A model generated the notes under the pieces. That model worked only from the letters and a program-made list of their open reading frames with translations. It had not been told where the DNA came from and made no database searches. From Adineta vaga (lineage: Eukaryota; Animalia; Rotifera): a DNA stretch of 64,000 nucleotides. The stretch spans positions 11,656,001-11,720,000 of the forward strand of contig CP075497.1 of NCBI GenBank assembly GCA_021613535.1, given 5' to 3'. The position numbers and the translations under genes were made by a program. This document shows positions 11,039 through 23,637 of the stretch, one piece after another. The stretch's first letter is position 1; the number at the start of each line of letters is the position of its first letter.

Positions 11039-12120
11039 ATGAACTTCTTTATTATTATTTTCTCATGTATTTTTATGTTAACAATTAAAGATTCAATTCA
11101 CACTTATCCATTGCCTGTTTCTTCTGCGTAAGTTTTACATTATTTTCTTTCATCAATTCACTTCTTACATATGATTTTTAGGCTTGATAGTCTATCTCCT
11201 AGTCAAATTGATCAACTTTGTTCGTATATGTCACAGTTCGTTTTTGATCTTAGTCATAGATATATTCCTATCCGAAGTTTATCATTTAGAATACCACAAA
11301 AACAAGAAAATGTGATTGAAACAAAAACGTTAAAATCTGAAACAACGTATGTTTAATTGTAAAATCATTTCAATATCTTTGAATGATTCTTTTCTTTTTC
11401 AGAGAAAAACGTTATGCGATGCCATTTCCTGATATGAATCGATTTTTATCTACGAGTCATAAAATTCATCATCATCATGAACCAACAATGAAAAGTGGAG
11501 CAGAACTAAGTGAAACAAAAAAACATGATTTTCATGCTTATTTATGCAGGTAATTAGCAAATTTTTTTTGTTGTCATAGGATCATTTCACTTTGTTTATT
11601 CTTCTAGTATAACAAAAGATTCAGAAGAAATGACAAATTTCATAAGTATTTTCATTGAAGAACATGGAGAAGCACCTGCATTTAATATCTTTGAATCATG
11701 TGCAGAAGTTTCAAAACGGTAAATTTCCATTGAAATGAATAGAATGTTTACTATTCTTCGATATTTTAGCGATCTTTCTCAATTAGAAGAGAGAAAGAAC
11801 AATGGATTATCTTCAGTTATTCATTTCAATGAACTATCGTATGTGTATCTCATTTGACAATGAAGTTTTGAATTTTGTTTATTCACTAAGACAATACTGT
11901 TCAAATCGTCCACAACCACGATTTGTTAAACGATGGAAACATTCGGTTGAAGGACCGATTTCAATTGATTTCATTCATCAAATGCTTGAATCTCGTAAAG
12001 TTAAATCATATCCATATCCAGCTGAAATGGATCCTTATCTTGTGTAAGTTAAACTATTGTTCTAATAAAAAACAAAATCTTCTCGTTTTTTTTCTTCTTC
12101 TTCATTTTAGTGGAAGATGA
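11039..12120 (+). CDS. Secreted prohormone / neuropeptide precursor (225 aa, 8 exons)
   Basis: Exons 11039-11127, 11182-11223, 11290-11346, 11403-11549, 11608-11718, 11770-11838, 11891-12043 and 12111-12120 give an open frame. It has a signal peptide, KR sites (EKR, SKR, VKR) and ends in ...MDPYLV-G-R*. Confidence 0.7.
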
Positions 12121-12695
12121 ATAAACAAAGGTAGAGACGACGAAGATGTTATACATGAGAAATAACCATCAACTGACTCTTGCCTTTTTGCTTTTGCTTA
12201 TTTAGAAATTTAAAAAAAAATATATGAAAAGAGATCGTAGCGATAATCAGCACGTCTACGATCAGATATTTAATAAATAATATATTGTTGAGTGGTACCT
12301 GCAAATATCTTTTTTTCCGTTTGTTTTCAATTCTCTCATCTTGCTATTCATTATTCTTGTTTATTTTCATCATGTGCAAATTAATAATAAATTTAATACA
12401 ATTATGAAGGAATAAACAACGGATAAGGAAATGTTTCTCTTTATAATCTCATGACAAAACGGGATATTTTCGAGATTATTATGAACCTTGAAAAGAAAAT
12501 TAATGTTCTTAAATTAACAAACGAAAAAAATGAAATATGAACTACTATGAATATTTCTTATTGAAATATCCTAATGTTATTCTATATATATATATATATA
12601 ACCATGTTATTTTTTGTCTATTCTTCCATTGAATGAATGTTATACATCTGTGACAAGCTACTACATTTCTATATTAAATATTTTACACGTAAAAT

Positions 12696-12845
12696 ATGTT
12701 TGGTTTGATTGTATTATTAGTTACTTTAACTTTAATCACATATAATTGTTGTGAACCATCGAATATAAATATTCTTATTGATGATCAACAAGACCAATGT
12801 TCAAGAAAATCGAATGATGATGATTCATTATGTGAAGATCCGAAG
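12696..12845 (+). CDS. Putative alternative first exon (signal peptide) of NDPK
   Basis: 50 codons, MFGLIVLLVTLTLITYNCC...CEDPK, end at a phase-0 GT donor. They are in frame with the acceptor at 13242 and the NDPK ATG. Confidence 0.55.
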
Positions 12846-13284
12846 GTTAGCTTAAAAATTATTGCCATCTATTGTATGTAATATTTATGGAGGAAACTGA
12901 TGATAACAGTGGATCGATTTCATTAGTTGGTGTACACGTCAGCACGTGTATTATATGTTATTATGTTGTCCTCTATAGCCCAGCTGAGCAGGCATTTTCT
13001 TTCTTTTTTTTCTTTCTCATCTTTTCTATTGCAGTCGAAGCCTCCACTTCGTTTTTCTTTTTTTTTCTCTTCGAGAAAAGGGGTTACACTTCTATGATGC
13101 TTGTTTTTCTCTCTTAGATGATTTCATATTCTTATTTTTGCCTCTATGTAGAAGACACTTTGTAAAGTAAACGATGTGACGAGCGAACACATCAGTCGAT
13201 CGAACGAAAGATTTGAAAATAGTTTGAAACTTTTGCTTTTAGATTTTCGATCAATTAACGTCGTCAAACCTTCATTTAGAAAAA

Positions 13285-13933
13285 ATGGCTGAAAATAACG
13301 AACGTACATTTATCATGATTAAACCCGATGGTGTTCAACGTGGACTTGTTGGTGATATTCTTCGCCGATTTGAACAACGTGGATACAAACTCGTTGCGCT
13401 TAAAATGATCCAAGTAAGATTCATTTTTATTTTTGAAGAAACAAAAGAAACATTTTTCATTTCTTATTTCTAGGCACCACGAGCTTTACTCGAAAGCCAT
13501 TATGAAGAACACAAAGGCAAAAAATTCTATGAACCACTCTTAACTTATATTGGTAGTGGACCAGTTGTTGCTATGGTATGAGAATATATGGAATTTTTTT
13601 TCTTTTTTGAAAATATTGGGTTTTCTTTTTTTTTCAAGGTTTGGGAAGGTTTAAACGTTATCACAGTTGGTCGTAAAATGCTTGGTGCTACTGATCCAGC
13701 TAAATCAGAACCTGGCACAATCCGTGGTGATTATGCTATCGTTACCGGACGGTAAGATATTGAAATTCGTCGTCTGAATAATTTCATTTATTGGTTTGTG
13801 TTTGAAATTTTTTAGTAACATTGTTCACGGTAGTGATTCAGACAAAGCCGCTAAACGCGAAATTGACTTATGGTTCCGTCCAGATGAAGTTGCCAACTGG
13901 CCACATACCGCTGAACGATGGATCTATGAATAA
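13285..13933 (+). CDS. NME: Nucleoside diphosphate kinase (group I, NME1/2-type)
   Basis: [36 protein letters not shown] and NIVHGSD (catalytic His), ending WIYE*. Three introns. Confidence 0.97.
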
Positions 13934-15978
13934 ATATGACATAGAATTCAACTGGAACAGACAACAGATTATTTAGTCGATCTAGAAAGCTGCTTTTAGT
14001 GTCTTTTTTTCTCTTATGAAACTATTTTTACCGGTGTCACCTTTTGTGTTTATGTTGTTTTCACTGTCTGTATTCCGAAAAGAATTGAAACGATGACAAG
14101 AGAATATATACTGGATTTAAAATCATATCTTGATTCATTCTTATTTTAAATTCTGTCAAACGACAATTATCGATCTAAGGTCAATCTAACATTAACCTAT
14201 CGAGTTATCTTTGAGAGGTTAGATCTGATTGGTAAAAGAATATTCTGTTACTAATTATGTCTTCAAAAGATGCATTTCTATGATTATTAAAGAGAAACAT
14301 TAGAAGACTGTCATTTGATAAGAAGCCCGTTTTCGGACAGAAATACGCTCCTTACCATGGTATTCAATCATATTAATAAACGAACTTGGTTGTCACGACT
14401 TTTCATAACGTGTCTCGTATAAAAAAAGTATTTGTCTGACGAAAATCCGCAGTTCTTTAAGTACGAAGGAGAAATTTGATACGAAAGAATGTTGTACGAC
14501 GAATAATCTAAATGCTTGGGTTCAAGTGAATTATTTTGAAATTAAAGAAAAATGGCACAAGCGTATGTTTATTGATGAGTATATATATTATCGAAACTAG
14601 CTGACTCAATTCGAACGATAAAATCACGTTTTTTAAATCCTTCAATGAGAATAATCTTTAGATTTTATTCAGATTCATGATATCACATTTTTAACTTCAA
14701 ATATTAATACTCTATAGACAATCAAAGTAATGTTTTGAAAGGGTAATGTATTAAAATCATAAATGTTACATAATTTATTCCGTCCTTGATCAAACTAGAC
14801 ATTGTGTTGTAGAATAATTCATATAGAAAAAAACTATCGCAATCGATTATTGTTGAAAACATTCGAACACTACTAATAAACATGACAAAATCATCAATTA
14901 AAATGACACTTGAGCAACTGATAACGTAGTATTTATCAATCATTCGATTCTCTTCAAAATTGCATATCTAGTATAGAACAAGAGTAACAAATCGTACGAT
15001 TAATCATTGATGATGAAGATCAGAGATTGAATATACTACAAAGTTTACGTCATACAAATCAATAGTAAAATGATTCTTTGTAGATCAAAAATTACACTAT
15101 GATATTTATATTATTCTTGAAATAAATGTTGTCTATTTTATGATCTTATTAGTCAAGATTTTCTTCAGAGAAATCAACAACGATTATTTAACAAAAGGAT
15201 TAAATCTTTGCATATATGATATAGTTTAAGTGCTCATCTCAATGACGACGACAATAAAATTAATTCTTCTTCGTTTCAAAAAGCTTTTTTGTTTGAACAG
15301 ACTTATAAAAAGCTTGTCGATTTTATGATATAATTCTCTCTTTCTCTCGCTCCCCTTATCGTTTCAGCTGTATCCATATGTAAAAAAAAGTAAATAGATC
15401 ACCTGTGTTAGTTAAAAAGCTGTTATCATTGTGAATTATCATTTTTCTCGTTTCTTCATTTTCCTTACATATCTTCATTGCACGCCTTTTTCGGCGTTTT
15501 TTTTCGCTCTCTCAGACAGAATCAAATATTTCTCATACATGAAATAAGTATTCATTTCGTTTTTTATCCTGAAAAACCCACACGCACACACATTTTCATT
15601 TTCGTGTATATCTGTAAGTAAGAGAAAAAAAGCGAAGGCTAAACGACGACGACGAAAAAGAGAGAGAGAGAGAGAGGCGGCTGACTGTCATCATCATAGA
15701 GAAACGAACAGAGAGAGGGAGAAAGATTGTTGTGCACTTAAGATAAGACTCTTTTACTTTGTATATGTGTGGTGAAGAATAAATATATATCATGAGAGAG
15801 AGAGAGAGTAGAGTGATAAACGAAATGCGACGACGAACAACAGATGAAGTTCTGGTGAAGTAGTAAGATGAAACGCTTGTTGGAAAGATGTGGCCAGTTC
15901 TTGTGATAGTCCTCAAATCGAGATTGAATTTATTTTTTGAGATTATCACGAAAGCTGGTCGCACAAGTGTTTGTTCGT

Positions 15979-18251
15979 TCAATGTTTCGTTCCTAGAATT
16001 TCATTATACGATTTAGATATTTTTAATTTCTTTTTAATTTATAGAAACCTGTGCGAGATTTTGAATGTGAAGCTGTAGCCGTTTCTCTTCCGCTGGTTGG
16101 TATTTCATCGGGTTCTTTACTTTTAAAAATAGGTTCACGACGATTCTTCAATAATGTTTGAATCTTTTCATAAGCTTCACATTCAGAAACAATAAAATCG
16201 TTTCGCTAGATAAAGAAAAGGAGAAAAGAAATAAGCTTTTATTTGTGTCGTTGTATTTTACTTGTAATTCAAGTCGAAGAAGACCTTGACTTGGATTCAC
16301 CGGTAATCCAGCTGATGACGAGTTTCGTGCTGAATAATTTAATTTAATAAACATTTCTTGATATTGTATTGCTTGAAGAAAATGTTGAATACCCGTTGAA
16401 GATATTCGATTTTCTTTTTTAAAAATAAAAGAGACTCAAATTTGAAATCGAAATCAAAGTAAATCTTACTTGTTAAATTTAAACTAAGTAAACATCGATT
16501 TCCCGGTAGAACAAGATCATCATTGATTAATTCAGCATTTTGATCAAGTAATGGAATACCTTCACCAAGATTAAACTGAAAAAAAAAATAATACAATGTC
16601 TATGTTGATACAAGACAAATCTTATTGAAATGCAAAGAAAGAATTGTTGATAAGAATCGAAAGAGAAAGTAATAATTTACGTCAGTTTCACTTTGAGTTG
16701 CTGAGCGAGTTCCTGCATTTTTATCGAAATTTTTCATTGTACTTGATAACTTTGGATTCTTTTCAGTACTTGGTTTACCAGCCGGACCTTTACTCGTTTT
16801 GCCAGCAGCTATTGTAGCACCAGCTTTCGCTGCTTTCTCTTCTTTTTTCGGACCTTTCGATGTATCTTTTCCATCTGCCTATTAACAAAAGGCAAAATTA
16901 TACAATCAAAGAAAAATAAAAACAAACTTTGCCACCGGTAGTACCAGTTCCACCTTTCATCTTTGCTGGTAATGTCGATGCTGCTAGACCAGATTTTTTT
17001 CTTGAAACACCTGTTGGACTTGAATTAAATGATGTTCGTCGATCGCCACGTCTAGCTGAATGAGCACCAGCTGCATTTTCTGATGATGAATATAGAATTA
17101 ATTTTCTTCGATAGACTAATTCTTCTTGTGTTAATGGAAATTTACTAAGAACTTCAGCAAGTTTTTCTGCACCTTGATCGGTAATATCATTAGCACTTAA
17201 ATTTAATACAAGTAAAGTTCGATTAAATTTTAAACTTCGTGCAATATATTCAGCACCAGTATCACCGAGAGAATTATAGGCTAAATTAAGTGTTTGTAAT
17301 TTTTTATTTTGTCGACGTTCAGTTCCTAAACCTTGAGCAATTGAAGCAGCACCACGTTCAGTAATTCGACAATGTCGAAGTGATAAATTTACAATTGGAG
17401 AAGTATCATCCATTAAAAGAACGTCATAACGTTCGAGAGGTATTGGATTATTATCGAGAATCAATGTACGAATATTTGGACATTTTGGAAGAAAAGAAGC
17501 AAGTTGTTTTAATGTTTCATCCGTTAAACTTGTATGCCAGAAATGAAGTGTATGTAAACGTTCAAGTGTTGGGAAAGATTGAGAGAAAATATCTAAGATT
17601 TGACGATCAATTTTCCATGCATGAATATAGATTTCTGTAAGAGTATCTTGTTTATCAGGATTGTCCATTTCTAATTGAATTTTTGGTTTAAAATATTCGA
17701 GATGATCACGAAGAGTGTAAGTTTTCGGTATTGCTTCTTCTATAAGAAAACTATACTGAGAAAAAGATAACTTCATTTCGGAAAATTACGAACCACGCGC
17801 AGATTCTCCAAGATCACCTTCCGTATGAGATTGTTGCTGTAGGAGTGCAGCAGCGGCGGCAGCCGCGGCCGCGGCAGCTTCACGTTCTTTATTTGCTGCC
17901 GCTTTGCCACCTTTCGGTGCTGCTTTATCTTTCACTTCTGCTGTTGATGATGTTGCCATTGAAGTTCCTGGTACACGTGCTCGTGGGACAATCGGTATGA
18001 TAAAATTAATTTGTGCTTGTCGACATAATGCTTCGAAATCTTCGAGAAACTTTCCTTTGCAATGATAAGGTTCCGCTAATAAATAAAAATATTAAAATGA
18101 ATATTTTATTTTATTCTCAATAGAATCTTCGTTTAATTGTTTTATTTTTCTCTTTCCTGTTTAAATAATTAATACCTGAATCGCTCTTTTTTGCAGCATT
18201 ACTTGCAGCACTTGCTGCTGTTGGTTTGATACGCGCTGCTTTGCTTGTCAT
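15979..18251 (-). CDS. LRRC71: Leucine-rich repeat-containing protein 71
   Basis: EPYHCKGKFLEDFEALC N-terminal motif, RI-like LRRs (NLSLRHCRITERGA, LNLAYNSLGDTGA), a Lys-rich linker, then LPGNRCLLSLNL and GLLRLELQRN. The last exon is uncertain. Confidence 0.8.
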
Positions 18252-18593
18252 TTCATAATGAATTAAAAAGAAATTGTAAAAGACGAAGAAAAAAGGGTTT
18301 TGTTAAGTTTGAAGTTAAATGATTGAAAGAAATAGAAGAAGAAAAAATGCTAAGAGAAAAGTTTGTGTGGACGACGTGAACAATGTCATTGTTCTCGTCG
18401 TTAACGACATCAATAAGCAAAGGTGAGTGAGAAGTGTTGTTGTTTGTATTAAATCATTTCAATTTCTTCGTCATTTTTCTTCTTTTTTTTTCTCAAGTGA
18501 GTCAACATAAGGGAATGAAATAGAGAAGAGAAAAAAGAGCTATTTGAACAAATCAAAGAGTAACAATCTTTTGTAACACATTTCTTTATTCAC

Positions 18594-18759
18594 CTTTTTC
18601 ATCACTTAAATCATCATTAATTGTCGAAGATGAAGAACGCTTTGATAAACTTTTACGATGATGGACACTTCTTAAGAATACAAATGAATTAGGCCATTTA
18701 CAAAATTAAAACTCAATGGAGAAAATCCGACAGATGATGTCTACTTACTTTGGTGGCAT
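18594..18759 (-). CDS. Putative alternative first exons of LRRC71
   Basis: Exons 18759-18749 and 18670-18594 encode MPPKSVHHRKSLSKRSSSSTINDDLSDEK. They end in a phase-1 donor compatible with the LRRC71 exon starting at 18075. Confidence 0.5.
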
Positions 18760-18942
18760 ATCTTTTCTTTGTGTACAAGAGAAAAAAAACCGTCGATTTT
18801 CTTTCTTTATATATATATGATAGAATAAAAAATGAAGTCTGACATATGAAATAAATCGGATCAATTTATAAATCACTGTTCGTTTACACACTTGAACAAC
18901 TTCACTTTTCTTTCCAAATAAATCAAATTTGCATATGAAACA

Positions 18943-19632
18943 TTAGTTATTCATCCAAGAATCACCGTCGTTCTCGCCAATGTTTAATAATGAATTAAAA
19001 TTTATTGATCGAAAAAATTCTAATCGATGAAAATCAGGTTTGTCACTATCGATCGGTGCTGGATAAAGAGATTCATAAATTCGTTGATCATTTTCTCCAT
19101 GAATAGCATAGGCATTGAATCGATCAATATGAGCGGGAAAAAGTGCGCGAGGAATTTGTGCTTGCCCAATCCATCGATTTGATGAGGGTCGTTCGACTTG
19201 ATAGAAAGGTAATGGTAACATTTGTTTTAATTCTTTTCGACGATCAAGTAAAAGAAGAACAAGATAATGACCATGAGGAGAAAATTCCAATTCAAGATAA
19301 TGATTTGTTGACGACGAGAGAAAGAAAAGCTCGACAACTTCATAATTCCATAATTCAGGATATGGACCAGGATTCAATGATTTGGTCGGAGGAGCTGGAT
19401 CGTTGAAGAATGGTGCGTCGATTTTAATTACAAGATGATTTTTATCATCACTTGTTGAAAGACTAATTTGAACTGGTTGATGATCAATAATCGGTTTCGA
19501 ATTCCATTGATTTTCAATCGAAAAATTCATCTTTCTTGCACTTGTTCGACGTTTAGTCAATAGATATAAAATAATGATTGTTAAACTACTATAGATAAGC
19601 AATTTGATAAATTGTTTCTTATCATTGACCAT
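18943..19632 (-). CDS. C4orf33: UPF0462 / C4orf33 homolog
   Basis: IDAPFFNDP, LWNYEVVELFFL, YLELEFSPHGHYLVLLL, FNAYAIHG and PDFHRLEFF. The conserved start is MNFSIE at 19530. Confidence 0.9.
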   Translation of the reverse strand: MVNDKKQFIKLLIYSSLTIIILYLLTKRRTSARKMNFSIENQWNSKPIIDHQPVQISLSTSDDKNHLVIKIDAPFFNDPAPPTKSLNPGPYPELWNYEVVELFFLSSSTNHYLELEFSPHGHYLVLLLLDRRKELKQMLPLPFYQVERPSSNRWIGQAQIPRALFPAHIDRFNAYAIHGENDQRIYESLYPAPIDSDKPDFHRLEFFRSINFNSLLNIGENDGDSWMNN

Positions 19633-20071
19633 AGAAAAAAAAGAGATAGATAGTTTTACTTTCTAAAATTTCATAGAAAAAAAAACGAATCCTTATTTAT
19701 TCGATTTATTTACATAAGTAATAGAGAAATTTCAGATATAATTTAGTTTCATTTATTTTATTCAATCGAATGAAGGTCAAGAGAGACATAACAGATGTTT
19801 TGGAATAATCTAAAAGAATCCAGACAAACAAATACTTCGATGAAAGATTCGATTCTCCATCGATACTTTTATTCTATGAATATAAAGTGAACTAATCTGC
19901 CATTACTTCAGTCAATGAATTAGTTGATATAAAAGTTTTCTTTTTCTTTATTATATTATGAAAATATATAAATATACACACGCACACAGATATTACAAAC
20001 TAGTTATTCTCGATTTATCAGATCTTAACCGTTTGTTTTCATTAACTTAATAACAAAGATGAAGAATTAAC

Positions 20072-22179
20072 CTAGGCTTTTTGTGATTCTAATTGCAATT
20101 CTAATTCTTGAATTCTCTTCTCTTTATCACGTAATGTTTCCTGTAATTGATCAATAATCATTTGTTTCGTTGAACTTTGTCGTTTTCTTATTCGTTGTTG
20201 AATTTCTTTCGAATATTTCATTAAAATTTCCTCCACACTTAATCGTTTTTCACTTTCAATCTGTACTAATTGTTCAATGAGACTCGTTTCAAATGGATAA
20301 TTTTCTGCGAAAATCTCTCCAACTTCCATATATGCACGTAAATCACTTAAACGACGACAGCGTTCGCTTTCCGTAACGAAAATATTGAATAATTCAAAAA
20401 GTACAATTCCTAAACTATATGAATCGGAATATGCTGTTGCAATACAATGATGTGAATTGAGTTGTTCAGGTGGAGCATATAAAGGAGTTCCAACACCTGC
20501 GGATTCGTCGGTTTTAAAGTGTGATGGTGATTTTGAGGTGACTTCAGAACCGAAGATTGTCGCTAAACCAAAATCTCCTAAACGAACATGAACAGATGAT
20601 CGATCTTTTTTATTATATGAGAGAAGAATATTTCGTGGTTTAATATCACGATGAACAATCGATTGAGAATGAAGATACTAAAAGAATCGAATAGATTTAT
20701 CTTATTAATGGATAGGATCTTACTTGAACTGCAGATAGAAGTTGTTTGAATAGATGCCAACATTCACTTTGACCTAATTCATTCAATGTATAAGATACAA
20801 TTTTCATTGTATCTGACGTTTCATCAATAATCACTTGATCACGATGACGCAACCAATCGTATAATGTTGTATCACAGAATTGCATTTGAATAAAAAGGAC
20901 AAGGCGAGAATTGATATATTTTGATTGAGGAGTAGGAGTAGTTGAATCGAGTTCATCATGTGTCGTTTGAAATGGTACCAATTGTTTAGTTTTTGAACTT
21001 TCAATTGTTGTTGAATATTGGGAAAGACTTTTGGAACGAGTGAAAGATATATTACTACGATCTGAATGAGATTTACGATGACTTTGAATATTAGAAGTTT
21101 GACTTTGTAATCCAAGATCGGATTCACCGGTAGTATCCTCATCATCATCATCTGGTGAAGTCGATGAATATTTTGTTTGGGACTTTTCTTCTTTAATTGA
21201 AGAAGATGAATTTTTAAATTCAATTAATTTATCAAATGAATCGAATCGATCATCTAGCGGAAGAGATTTTTGTGTTTGCAGATGGGGTGATGCTGATTTT
21301 TGTCGAGGTATCGTTGTTTCACATGGAACTAATTCCAACCATGCACAATGATATTGAACGATATTTGGATGACTTAATGATGCTAAAACTCTTACTTCAC
21401 GTAAGGCATATTTCGCTTGGCGACGTGTTCGATCTGAATTATCTTTGAAAACAATTTTCTTTATTGCATAAGTACAATCATCTAAACGATTTTTTGCACG
21501 AAAAACTGATCCTAAAAATAAAAATCATTGATGAAAGAAGAGAACAAACATTCATCTTACCAAAAGCACCTTTGCCTATTTTACTAAGCTCATAAAAATC
21601 TCGTGCATAACGTAAAACGACAATATTATCAAAACCATTCGATGAAACTGTTCCATTCATTGTTAAAGGTAATGGAACTTTTAATTGAATGTCTTGTTGA
21701 GGAATATCAATACTGATATTTGAAGCAGGCGTTACCGGAGGTGTTGGAATTGTTAGTAAAACTTTAGCAAATTCTTTTTCTAAAACACTGATAACTGTTG
21801 CTCCATCAGTTGTCGGTGGTGGAGGTTGTTGAATAATATTCAATGCTGTTTGAATTGTTGCTTGTAAAATTCTGACATAATTTTTCACAAAATATAATTG
21901 ATTTATGGCTATAGCTGACATATTCATTGATGCTGGAAGTAATCGACTAGTTGTAAATAGATGAAGTAATAATTGAACTAATGGACGTGTTTTATTTGGA
22001 TCATTATTTGTTAATGTTGATGAAAAAACTTCTAATAGAGCGAAAAATAATATTTGTAAAGAAATAACTTCTTGTTGTTTTAATGTTGGACAATGATTAA
22101 GAATTTGAACTGAACCACGATCAAATTGAGATATGGTATTATTCAAACGAGAATTTCCCTTTGACGATTTTGATGACAT
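20072..22179 (-). CDS. EIF2AK1: eIF2-alpha kinase, HRI-type
   Basis: RYARDFYELSKIGKGAFG, YAIKKI, HPNIVQYHCAWLE, a long Ser-rich kinase insert, LFIQMQFC, HRDIKP and DFGLA. The N-terminal region and C-terminal coiled coil are HRI-like. Confidence 0.85.
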
Positions 22180-22321
22180 TATCTAAAAGAACAATGGATG
22201 ATAATCGATTCTTTGTTTTTCCTTTCTCACAAAATCAAACAACAACAACAACAACAAAATAAAATAGAAGTGTTTTTTTTTCTTTTCTTTTGATGAAGAA
22301 TTAGTATTAGATCAATCTCTT

Positions 22322-23143
22322 TTAATTTTCACGATGTACTAAAACGAAGAAACCAAGAACAGCTAAGACACAATATTTCAATTGAGGATAATCATTCATT
22401 ACAATTGTCACCATGCCAATATATGGAAGAAATCTAAGATGAAAAAAAAAAAATGAAGAACATATAACTCAATAGAAAAGAAATACCCCCGAGCACGACC
22501 GATCACATCTTTCTTTTCAAGCCATAATTGTCCAGGAGAATAAAGACCACGATCATCAACTTGATTATTATCACCTTTCGTTAAGAATTTCACATAACCA
22601 TCATCTCTAGATAAAGATAGATGAGATTGAGTTTTAGAGAATAAAACAAGAAATAACATACTTTTCATGTACTTTTAGTACTCGATGAACAATAGGAATA
22701 TCGCGACCCTCAATACGAAAAACGACAATATCACCAGCACGAATAGGTTCTTCACGATAATTTGTAAGTAAAAGAAGATCACCACGATGAAAAGCCGGTT
22801 CCATACTACCACTACAATGAATAACATGCTTTCCCTATTGCATCATTGATTCATTCAATGTTAAAATGAATTTACCTAAGTACAACGACAATTGGACTTT
22901 CACTACCTGTTACGACCATAAGTCCCTTCCATATCATTAATGCAGTTGAAACAATCATACCGAAGTTGAGTACTTGATATATGGCCTAATGGATAATGAA
23001 TATACTTCGATAATAAACTCATTGTGTTAATAAGAATTACCTGTCGTTTATCCATACGTCTAAAAAGAAAAGAATAATTCAATGAAATTTTCGATTTATT
23101 ATTATTTTTACTTGATATCGTCAACGAACGAGAAGAGTTCCAT
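22322..23143 (-). CDS. SEC11: Signal peptidase complex catalytic subunit SEC11
   Basis: Six exons give [47 protein letters not shown] and TKGDNN...DDRGLY, ending VLVHREN*. Confidence 0.97.
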
Positions 23144-23637
23144 TTTAGTTATTCTTCTGAGTAGATCTAAAAGAATTGAAGAATATTTTATATGAAGAGA
23201 ATTTTAAAGATCTGTTTTCCAAGTTGCTCAGAATATTCCTTTATTACATTCGATTACAACATCCTTTTTCGAAGAGATGAACACCTTTCTGCCTGGAGCA
23301 TCACGAATAGATTAAACGAGCAACGAATCGGAATCGAGTTTGTTTTCTATGATTACAACTAACGACATCTTTCATTTGCATTCTATTATTATTCATTTCT
23401 TCGAAACTTTTTCATAATGATTGGACAAATCACCGCCATCAGTACAGCACAATTTCTTTACTTTCTTTGTTTGGCCCTAGACAGACAGAAAAGATAACAC
23501 TAAATTAATATAACCATGGAATTGTTAGAATTGAATGATCTGCGCAATTTCATTCTTTCATCTGTTTTGTTTTTTCTGTCTGTTTGATCCCTTTATTGAT
23601 TATCTTTCTTTTCTTTATCTTTGGAAAAAAAATTGAA

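Noticed and set aside
15596-15982. 128-aa ORF containing (GA)n/(TC)n runs
   Set aside because: Microsatellite-rich sequence downstream of LRRC71 with a TTG start; likely UTR or regulatory DNA.
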